64,000 bases of DNA. It comes from Mobula hypostoma (Eukaryota). The stretch's first letter is position 1. Each line of letters starts with the position of its first letter. Of the stretch, positions 12,721-22,407 are shown one piece after another. The position numbers and the translations under genes were made by a program. The stretch covers positions 6,760,001 through 6,824,000 of the forward strand of contig NC_086101.1 in NCBI RefSeq assembly GCF_963921235.1, read 5' to 3'. The notes beneath the pieces are model-generated. The model had not been told where the DNA came from. It saw only the letters and a list, made by a program, of their open reading frames with translations, and did no database searches.

Positions 12721-14130
12721 TCTGGATCAACCTTTGTATCCAAAACTCTATCCATGTTTCTCTTCAACATAGTTGATGTGTAAATGTGCAGAGCCCTGTT
12801 AGATTATGAGCTGGGTAAATACATTTATTCACCTCTGAATGGTCGTCCCCTCACTGTGTCTCCTCATCCTGACACCCCCGTTACCAGAAACATCATCCCT
12901 GCATCTACCTGGGGAGCCTGGAGCAAGTCTCAGACTCTCTCTCTGTCTCCACTACACACAAATACACAAAGGGGGCTTCACCATTTACATATCTCCATTG
13001 CGTCAATGACCAACACAGTCTGCCCGAGGATTGTGCTGGGATCCGCCTGCATGTGGTGCCACACTTCCGGCTCCAAAATATCATGACCACGTCTCCCTAA
13101 CCTTCACCGTACCTCTCCGGCTAATTCCAGCCTGAGCATCAATTTCTCTGATGGTCCACTTCCCTCTCCGAGCACATTCCTTCTTCTTTATCCCCTTTCC
13201 GGAGGAAATTACACTGCACTCCCATTTTTTTCTTGAATCAGATGCTGGAAGAAGTAAAACCAAACAGAAATTACTTGAAACCCACAACAGAGCAGGCAGT
13301 GTTTGAATCAATTTCGGGAGAAGTCACCGACGTGGAACATGAAGCCTTTTCGTCTCTCCACAGATCCTGACCAACCTGCTGTGTTTTTTCTGCATTTCCT
13401 GAGAGGAACTGTGTCCCAAAATGAACATCTGATTTAACGTAGAGATCCCGGCTCCAGTTGTCTCATAAATTATAGGAACAGCTCCCCATGTTCCGTCAGG
13501 GTGATCGTCAACCTGACAGCATCAACACTGAATTCTCAAACTTCTGGTAGTCCTTCCCTGTTATATTTACTATGTAATTGTCTCTCTCCTGCTGATTACC
13601 AGCCCCATCACCCTATCACTTTCCCCTCCCCCCCCCCCCACCATCTCCATCTGCCCATCACCCACACACTCCTCCCCAGCTCCTTCTCTCCATTCCGGGC
13701 TCCACTTTCCCCTCCTGTCAGATTCCAAAATCTTCAGCCCTTTGTCACTGTCACCTCTCACCTCCCATTTCTGACACATTTCCAAACTCCACCCCTCCCT
13801 CATCTATTACCCCTCACCTGGATCCACCCATCACCCGTCCATTTCCCTCCACGTATGTTACCTGACACTCTGGGAGACTCCGGCGCTTCGTGTGTTACCA
13901 ACAGTACATGTCCCGTGTTACCAACATTCACCGTGACCTCCCTCTCCCAGTCAGCACCACCACCACTTGTCCCAGTTACCCGGTCAGTCCCGGTGGACTT
14001 TAGCACCCGGGGGAGTCGGGGAGCTCAGGACCCGCCGTCCGCGGCTGCTGCTGAATCCGCGGTGTTTCTGTTCTGTTGACGGACGCGGTGAACGAGTTAA
14101 AATTAATGGACTGATAATTCTCACATAGTG

Positions 14131-14136
14131 TTTATT
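14131..14136 (-). terminator. Candidate polyadenylation signal AATAAA of the TRIM gene
   Basis: AATAAA on the minus strand about 65 nt past the stop codon. Confidence 0.5.
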
Positions 14137-14200
14137 TCACTCTCCGCACATTTATATTTACACTGACTTACTCCTGACGCCGGTCCCGGACCCGACCCGT

Positions 14201-14733
14201 TTACAGACCCGGAGCGGAACCGGAGCAGATTCTCAGCCACTGGTTTGCAGCCCAAGGCCCGAAGAAAGGATAAAGTTTCTCCGTGAATTTATTTCCATTG
14301 AAGGTGTGGAGATGGGACTTGGTCTCCGCGTTGTAAAATGAAACTGTCCCGGACTGGTAACTGAGATAAACTCCCACCCTCCCGGGGATGGGACCGGCAG
14401 GGAGACAGGATACAGCGGAGGTGTAAACCTTCATCACGTCATTAACCCGCCCGATGATCCAGAATCCGGTCTCCGGACTCAGTGTGAACAATCCCTTCCT
14501 CTTCACAGACTCTGCGGCGACTCCCAGACTCCAGCACCGATTCCCCGTCACCTCCACCTCCCAGTAATGTCTCCCCGATGTGAATCCCTCCGATCCCAGC
14601 ACACAAGCCCAGTATGTGAACCACTTCCCGTTGTCAGGGAGATCCCTCCAGGTCGCGGTCGGTCTCACACTCTTCCGATCCTCAGACACCTCGAGCAGCG
14701 GATATGCCGTTTCCACATCCAGGGTGACAGAGA
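14201..14733 (-). CDS. TRIM exon 6: PRY/SPRY (B30.2) domain
   Basis: Acceptor CTTCTCCCCCCAG; VSVTLDVETAYPLLEVSEDRKSV...CVLGSEGFTSGRHYWEVEV...GRVGVYLSYQSGTVSFYN...KLYPFF...stop. Confidence 0.96.
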
Positions 14734-15209
14734 CTGGGGGGAGAAGCAGAGAATTAGAGAGTCCCCGGAGATCGATGGGGAGACTCGGGCAGCGCGGCCC
14801 CAAGACCGGGGGAGTGGCCGCTGGGCCTCAGGCTCAGTCGGGTGGCCGACAGGACCCTTTCCCGGGATTTTACCCAAACACAGCGGATGGACAACCAGTA
14901 GCTTCCCGAGGTTTTTCCTCGACATGGAGAGCGGATTTTTCCCGATCAACACCCACAAAATTCTGGAGGATCTCAGCGGGTCAAGCAGCATGTGTTAAGG
15001 GAGATTTCAAGCCGAGACCTTTCCTCATAAATGGAAAGAAAGACGGGAGATAGCAGTGGAAACGGGTATGAGGAAGTACTGGAGAAACAACTGGATCCAG
15101 ATGAGGATGGGGTGATTGAACATCGGAGGCATTTAAAGAGAAGGTAAGGCAGAATTCATTCCTGCTGACCATCTCACTTTAATGAACTAGTTCCATTTGC
15201 CTGTATTTG

Positions 15210-16640
15210 GTGAGCGCAGCAGGCGAGGCAGCATCTCTAGGAAGAGGTACACTCGACGTTTCAGGCCGAGACCCTTTCAGTACTAACTGAAGGAAGAGCT
15301 AGTAAGAGATTTGAAAGTGGGAGGGGTAGGGGAGATCCAAAATGATAGGAGAAAACAGGAGGGGGAGAGATGGAGCTAAGAGCTGGACAGGTGATTGGCA
15401 AAGGGGATATGAGAGGATCATGGTACAGGAGGCCCAGGGAGAAGGAAACGGACGGGGGCGCGGGGAAACCCAGAGGATAGGCAAGGGGTATAGTCAGAGG
15501 GACAGAGGGAGAAAAACGAGAGTGAGGCAAAGAATGTGTGTTTATAAATAACAGATGGGATACGAGGGAGTGGTGGGGCATTAGTGGAAGTTTGAGAAGT
15601 CAATGTTCATGCCATCAGGTTGGAGGCGACCTAGACGGAATATAAGGGGTTGTTCCTCCAACCTGAGTGTGGCTTCATCTTTACAGTAGAGGAGACCGTG
15701 GATAGACATGTCAGAATGGGAATGGGATGTGGAACTAAAATGTGTGGCCACTGGGATATCCTGCTTTCTCTGGTGGACAGAGCGTAGGTATTCAGCAAAA
15801 TGATCTCCCAGTCTGCGGCGGATCTTGCCACATCGGGAGCACCGGACGCAGTATATCACCCCAGCCGACTCACAGGTGAAGTGTCGCCTCACCTGGAAGG
15901 ACTGTCTGGGGCCCAGGATTGTGGTAAGGGAGGAAGTGTAAGGACACGTGTAACACTTGTTCCGCTTACAAAGATAAGTGCCAGGAGGGAGATCAGTGGG
16001 GAGGGTTGGGCGGGGTGGGGGGGGGCGGTACGAATGGACAAGGGAGTCGCGTAGGGAGCGATCCCTGCAGAAAGCAGAGGGGGGGGGGTGAATGTTGTGC
16101 TTAGTGGTGGGATCCCGTTGGAGGTGGCGGAAGTTACGGAGAATAATATGTTGGAGCCGGAGACTGGTGGGGTGGTTGGTGAGGACCAGGGGAACCCTAT
16201 TCCTAGTGGGGTGGCGGAAGGATGGAGTGAAAGCAGATGTGCGTGAAATGGGGGAGATGCGTTTGAGAGCAGAGTTGATGGTGGAGGAAGGGAAGCCCTT
16301 TTCTTTAAAAAAGGAGGACATCTCCCTCGTCCTGGAATGAAAGCCTCATCCTGAGAGCAGATGCGGCGGAGACGGAAGAATTGCGAGAAGGAGATGGCAT
16401 TTTTGCAAGAGACAGGGTGAGAAGAGGAATAGTCCAGATAGCTATGAGTGTCAGTAGGCTTATAGTAAACATCAATAGATAAGTTGTCTCCAGAGATAGA
16501 GACAGAAAGATCTAGAAAAGGGAGGGAGGTGTCGGAAATGGACCAGGTAATCTGGAGGGCAAGGTGAAAGTTGGAGGCAAAGTTCACCAGCAACTTTGAT
16601 GTGTTTGCTTGAGTTTCCAGCATCTGCAGAATTCCTCGTG
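15210..16640 (-). mobile_element. Penelope-like element (RT C-terminus and GIY-YIG) with inverted tail and 14-bp TSD
   Basis: SLPFLDLSVSISGD..VYYKPTDTHSYLDYSSSHP; CTSSLT..RHFTCESAGVIYCVRCSRCG..EEQPLIFRLGRLQPDGMNIDFSNF; flanked by tttgcctgtatttg at 15196-15209 and 16641-16654. Confidence 0.9.
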
Positions 16641-17319
16641 TTTGCCTGTATTTGCCCATTATTTCTTTAGCACTTTCCCACCCACATACCCGTCTAGATG
16701 TCTTTCAAATCATTGTAACTGTACCCACCTCTACAGTTCCCTTTGGCAGCCTCCTGAGCTCCAGGAAAAAAGACCCAGAATATCCAGCCTCTCCTTATAA
16801 ACCAAACCAGTAATATCCTTGTAAATCTGTTTCATACCCTCTCAGTTTAATGCCATTCTTCCTCTAGAAAGATCACCAGAACTGTACAGTGTGATCCAAA
16901 TCATAAAGACGAGAAAGTCTGCAGATGCTGGAAATCCAAAGCAACACACACAAAACCATGACCCAAAACTTCAACTGTTTATTCATATCCATAGCTGCTG
17001 CCTGATCTGCTGATATCCTCCAGCAGTTTGTGTGTGTTACTCTGCTCCAAATGTGGCCTTCCCAATGTCTTGTACACTCATAACGTGACGTCTCAGCTGC
17101 TGTACTCAGTATTCTGACTGATGAAGGCAATCACCTCCTGGTCTCTCTGTTCCACAACACTCTCCAGGGCCCCACCGATTGCTGTATAAATCCTGTCCTG
17201 GTTTCCCTTCCAAAATGCAACACCCACATCTCTCTGAATTAAAATCAATTTCCATCCAATGACCCAGAGACCCAATTAATCAAGATCTTGTTGTAATCTT
17301 GGATAAACCATGAGCAACA

Positions 17320-18491
17320 AGGTTCTGTAGTGGATAACACAATACTGTTGCACCTTGGGGTGTTCCGGAATTCAAAGATCAATTCCGACACCATCTGTAA
17401 GGAGTTTGTACCGTCTCCCCGAGACCTCGTCCCTTTCCTCCGGGTGCTCCTGATTCATCCCTCAGATTGGGGAGAGTGGACAGTGAGGAAGACCATCATT
17501 ACTTGCAGTGGGATCTGGAGCAGCTGGAAAAATGGGCTGAAAAGTGGTAGCTGGAATTTAATGCAGACAAGTGTGAGCTGTTGCACTTTGGTAGGACCCC
17601 CGTGTAGGTCTTACACAGTGAATGGTCGGGCACTGAGGACTCTGTTCTGCAGCAGATCTGGGAACACAGGTCCAGAATTCATTGAAAGTAGTGCTACAGG
17701 TAGATAAGGTAAAAAGAAGCATTTGTCACATTGGCCTTCATAAATCAAAGCATTAAATACAGGAGATGGAATGTTACGTTGAGAACTGGTGAGGCCTAAT
17801 ATGGAATATTGTGTACAGTTTCGATCACGTACCTACAGGAAAGATATAAACAAGTTTGAAAGAGTAACAGAGAAAATTTACAGGGATGTAGCTGGGACTG
17901 GAGGACCTGAGTCCTAAGGAAAGATTGAATAGTTTAGGACTTTATTCCTGTAGCATAGAAGACTGAGGCGAAATTTGATAGAGGTGGACAAAATTATGAG
18001 GGGTATAGATAGGGTAAATGCAAGCAGACTTTTTCCACGGAGGTTGGGTAGGATTACAACCAGAGGTCATGGGTTAAAGGTGAAAGATGAATAATTTAAG
18101 GGGAACATGATGGGAAACTGCTTCATTCAGAGGGTTGTGAGAGTGTGGAACGAGCTGCCAGTGCAAGTGGTGCATGCAAGCTTGATTTAAACATTTAAGA
18201 GAAGTTTGGACAGGTACATGGATGGTAGGAGTTGTAGGACGATGGTCCCGGTGCAGGTTGATGGGAGCAGGTAGTTTAAATGTTTCGGTACAGACCAGGT
18301 GGGCTGAAGGGCCTGTGCTGTTAGTTTCTATCACTCAGTGACGCCTGTACAAAGACATAGCGGTTTGTAGGTTAAATGGTCATTGTACATTGACCCGTGA
18401 TTAGGCTAGTTTTAAATAGTTGGGGTGCTGGGTTGAGCAGGTTATTGGTCTGGGACGGCCTGTTTCACACTGTATCTAAATAAATAAATAA
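17320..18491 (+). mobile_element. V-SINE/HE1-like SINE split by a CR1 3' fragment (about 17455-18340)
   Basis: SINE head ...ctgtaaggagtttgtac...tttcctccgggtgctcc, then CR1 RT and 3' UTR, then the SINE resumes (caaagacata...ggttaaatggtcattgt) and ends in (taaa)n. Confidence 0.72.
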
Positions 18492-18575
18492 CCTCTTCAC
18501 TGTCCAACCTGATGGCATGAATATTGACTTCTCTAACTTCCGTTAATGCCCTCCTCCCCTTCACAACCCATCCCT

Positions 18576-18631
18576 TATTTATTTATTTATTTATTTATCT
18601 ATTTATTTATTTATTTATTTATTTATTTATT
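18576..18631 (+). repeat. (TTTA)n microsatellite
   Basis: Direct tandem TTTA run inside the PLE 3' UTR. Confidence 0.95.
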
Positions 18632-18923
18632 TGATATTTTTTATTTTCCCCCCTTTATTTTCTCTCTCTCTCTCTCTTTTCTCCCTCTGTCCCTCTCACT
18701 ATAACTCCTTGCCTGCGGTCCACCCTCCGGGCTCCCCTCCCCTCTTCTGTCTCTCCCCAGGCTTCCTGTCCCATGATTATCTCCCTTCTCCAGTCTGGTA
18801 TCGTTTTTGCCAATCAACTTTCCAGCTCTGTGATTCACCCCTCCCTTCCTGTCTTCTCCTATCATTTCGGATCTCCCCCTCTCCCTCCTACTTGCAAATC
18901 TCTCACTGTCTCTTCTTTCAGTT

Positions 18924-18959
18924 AGTCCTGACGAAGGGTCCCGGCCCAAAACGTCGACT
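18924..18959 (+). ncRNA. Minimal hammerhead ribozyme copy (GAAA mutated to AAAA)
   Basis: AGTC CTGACGA AGGGTCCCGGCCC AAAAC GTC GACT. Confidence 0.6.
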
Positions 18960-19290
18960 GTACCTCTTCCTGTTGATGCTGCCTGGCCTGCTGCGTTCAC
19001 CAGCACTTTTTGCGTGTGTTGCTTGAATGTCCAGAATCTGCAGATTTCCCTGTGTTTGCGTTTTAAGCATGTCACCTACATCCTCTGCAAATCATTCATA
19101 TGAATGATGAAAAACAGTGGACCCAGCACCGATCCCTGCAGCACAACCGCTGGTCACAGGACTCCACCCAGACAATTCTGTATCCTATTCCGGATCGTAC
19201 TGTATCCCATGTGATCTAACTCTCTGCTACCTCGTCAAATCCCTCGCTAAACTCCATGAAGACGATGTCTACTGCACTTTCATCAACTGT

Positions 19291-19905
19291 AATTTATTTA
19301 TTGAGATACAGCACGGAATAGGCCCTTCCGGCCCTTTGACTCCCACCACCCAGCAACCGCTGATTTAATCCGAGCCTGACCATGGGACAAGTTACAATGA
19401 CCTTCCACCACCCAGAAACCCCTGATTTAAAAACGCAAACAGGAATTCTGCAGATGCTGGAAATTCAAGCAACACACATAAAAGTTGCTGGTGAACGCAG
19501 CAGGCCAGGCAGCATCTCTAGGAAGAGGTGCAGTCGACGTTTCAGGCCGAGACCCTTCGTCAGGACTAACTGAAGGAAGAGTGTTCAGACCGAGCCTGAC
19601 CATGGGACAAGTTACAATGACCCCCAGCACCCAGCAACCCCTGATTTAATCCGAACCTGACCACGGGACAATTTACAATGACCCCTACTACCCAGCAACC
19701 CCTGATTTAATCTGAGCGTGACCATGGGACAAGTTACAATGACCAGTTAACCTGCCAACCGGTACAGGTTCGGACTATGAAACCGGAGCACCTGGAATAA
19801 ACCCACGTGGTCATGGGGAAATTATAAACTCCTTACAGGCAGTGACGGGACATGAACCCGTGTCGCTGGTACTGTAAAGCGTTGTGCTAACCACTATGCT
19901 ACCGT
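19291..19905 (-). mobile_element. V-SINE/HE1-like SINE with about 4 internal ~61-bp tandem repeats and a nested PLE terminal fragment (about 19428-19581)
   Basis: tRNA-like head ACGGTAGCATAGTGGTTAGCAC...GGTTCATGTCCC; repeated unit cccagcaacccctgatttaatccgagcctgaccatgggacaagttacaatgacc. Confidence 0.8.
19532..19567 (-). ncRNA. Minimal type I hammerhead ribozyme, intact core (PLE terminal repeat)
   Basis: AGTC CTGACGA AGG-GTCTCGG-CCT GAAAC GTC GACT: stem I AGTC/GACT, CUGANGA box, stem II AGG/CCT, GAAA box, palindromic ACGT stem III, GUC cleavage triplet. Confidence 0.75.
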
Positions 19906-19909
19906 ACCG

Positions 19910-20270
19910 TCCATGCTGAAAACCAAGCTGGGTATCCCTGATTAGTCCTCGGCTTTCTAAATGAATGTAGATCCTGTCTCTCAGAATCCTCTCCATTAAT
20001 GTACCCTCCACCGACGTTAGGCTCACCGGTCTGTACTTCCCAGGCGTTTCCCTACAGCCGATCTTCAATAAATGTTCAACATTAGTCTCCCTCCAGTCTT
20101 CTGGCCCCTCACCCACAGCTATCGATGACACACGTATCTCCAAAATGGGCTCCACACTTTCCTCCTGAGCTTCCCACAATGTCCTGGGATACACTTGATC
20201 AGGACCTGGGGATTTATAGACCTTTATGCATTTTAGGACCTGCAGCACATTTGCTTCTGTAATGTGGTAG
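19910..20270 (-). mobile_element. CR1 LINE ORF2 fragment
   Basis: KSPGPDQVYPRTL..PEDWRETNV..YRPVSLTSV. Confidence 0.8.
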
Positions 20271-21562
20271 AAAATGAGGTCGATCATCTTCTGTAACATG
20301 GGGGAATTGAGGGCCTCGTGGAACTGGCACAGAAGAGGAGTTGAGAAATGGTGACAGGGAAGATTTATCAGGATACAGGCAAAATGCAGGTAAGTGGACT
20401 GGGTGGGGGAGCGGTTGATCTGACAGAATCATATAAGGTTAGGAGGGGTGTAGATTGAGCAGATGGTTGAAATCTTCTTCCCACAGGAGGGGGATCAAAT
20501 ACAAGAGGTCACAGGTCTGAGGAGGGAGGAAGGAGTTTAAAGGTGAATTTATTTGAACAGTGAGTGGTTGATGTTGGAACTTGCTGCCAGAGGAGGTGAT
20601 GGAATCAAATACAAACGCTGTGTTTACCAGGCACTCAGAAGACGACACTTCAATAGACAAGGCGCAGAAGGAGACTGGTCTCATACCGGCCAATGAGGTG
20701 AGTGTAGATGGGTAAATAGGTCAGAACAGAGGTGACGGGCCGAAGGGCCTATTTCAATACTGTACAACGATGACTCTGTGAAGTTAAATGAACTGATTGA
20801 CTGAGACCCCACAGCCTCCGGTACAGAGAATTCCAGATAGGCCATCCTCTGAGGGTCCACCTCATCCTGAGACTGTGACCCCTGACCCTCGACTCCTCAG
20901 ACAGGGGAAACATCCTCCCTGCATCCTGCCTGCTGCGTTTGGAAAGACAAGGACAGGTCAGGGACAGTCAGCACGGCGTTGTGCATGAAAAATCACGTCT
21001 CACAAGTTCCAGTTTGTTGAAGAGGTGACAGAGAGCATTGACCAGGACAGGGTGGGAGACATTGTCCACATAATCTTAAGTAAAGCCTTTGATGTTGATC
21101 ATAGACCACACTTGGAGTATTGTGTGCAATTTTGGTTCCCCGACTATGGGAAGATGTCATTACACTGGTCAGGAAACTTCAAAAGGCTGTAACAATGGCT
21201 GGAGGGCTTGGGAGAGACTGGATAAGCTGGGGCTATTTCCCTGGAGCGATGAATGTTGAGGGTTGACCCCTTTTCGAGGTATATAAAATCATGAGGGGCA
21301 GACGTAAGGTGTAGGCTCACGGTCTTTTTCCCATAAAGGGGGATCCAAAACCAGAAGGCAGAGAGGGAAGGTGAGAGGGGAAAGTTTTTTAAGGGAGCTA
21401 CAGGGCAACCAGTGACCAATCGGCAACTGGGATTGATTAGGAAGGGCAAATTAAAGGAAGACAGGCAAACACAGCAGCCATCGTCTGAGTGGACATCGTC
21501 AGAGTGGTGATCTTGAGGCTTCAGCTCTTTGAGGGTTCACACAGAGAGAAAAAAAAGGCATC

Positions 21563-22407
21563 TAAAAACGTAAACACGAGTAATTCTGCAGATGCTGGAA
21601 ATTCAAGCAACACACATCAAAGTTGCTGGTGAACGCAGCAGGCTAGGCAACATCTCTAGGTCGAGGTACAGTGGACGTTTCTGGCCGAGACCCTTCGTCA
21701 GGACTAACTGAAGAAAGTGCTAGTAAGAGATATGAAAGTGGGAGGAGGAGGGGGAGATCCAAAATGGTAGGAGAAGACAGGAGAGGGAGGGATGGAGCCA
21801 AGAGCTGGACAGGTGATTGGCAAAAGGGATATGAGAGGATCATGGGACAGGAGGCCCAAGGAGAAGGAAAAGGAGGAGAGGGGGGGAACCCAGAGAATGG
21901 GCAAGGGGTATGGACAGAGGGACAGAGGGAGAAAAAGGAGACAGAGAGAAAGAATGTGTGTATATAAATAAATAACGGATGGGGTACGAGGGAGAGGTTG
22001 GGCATTAGCGGAAGTTAGAAAAGCCAATGTTCATGCCATCAGGTTGGAGGCTACCCAGACGGAATATAAGGTGTTGTTCCTCCAACCTGAGTGTGGCTTC
22101 ATCTTTACAGTAGAGGAGTCCGTGGATAGACATATCAGAACGGGAATGGGACGTGCAATTAAAATGTGTGGCCACTGGGAGATCCTGCTTTCTCTGGCGG
22201 ACAGAGCGTAGGTGTTCAGCAAGACGATCTCCCAGTCTGCGTCGGGTCTCGCCAATATATAGTTGGCCACATCGGGAGCACCGGACGCAGTATATCACCC
22301 CGGCTGACTCACAGGTGAAGTGTTGTCTCATCTGGAAGGACTGTCTGGGGCTTACACCTTACACTTCCTCCCTTACCACCATTCAGGGCCCCAGAGAGTC
22401 CTTCCAG
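21563..22407 (-). mobile_element. Penelope-like element 3' part (GIY-YIG segment without stops) with a short inverted 5' piece
   Basis: ORF 22005-22331 RQHFTCESAGVIYCVRCSRCGQLYIGETRRRLGDRLAEH..EEQHLIFRLGSLQPDGMN; terminal repeat with hammerhead; 22352-22407 is inverted. Confidence 0.9.
21670..21705 (-). ncRNA. Minimal hammerhead ribozyme copy (core intact, stem mismatches)
   Basis: AGTC CTGACGA AGGGTCTCGGCCA GAAAC GTC CACT. Confidence 0.65.

Larger units (their letters stand above)
18503..19065 (+). mobile_element. Penelope-like element 3' end with terminal repeat
   Basis: End of GIY-YIG ORF (QPDGMNIDFSNFR*), pyrimidine-rich UTR, hammerhead motif, tail ending gtttgcgttttaa. Confidence 0.85.

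Noticed and set aside
13501..14079. 192-aa Pro/His-rich ORF
   Set aside because: Low-complexity translation of a pyrimidine-rich PLE-type UTR; no recognisable domain.
14567..15053. Plus-strand ORFs overlapping the PRY/SPRY exon
   Set aside because: Antisense shadows of a GC-rich coding exon.
19340..19745. Repeat-spacer (CRISPR-like) arrangement
   Set aside because: The repeats are an internal SINE segment, and the single 'spacer' is a PLE terminal fragment.
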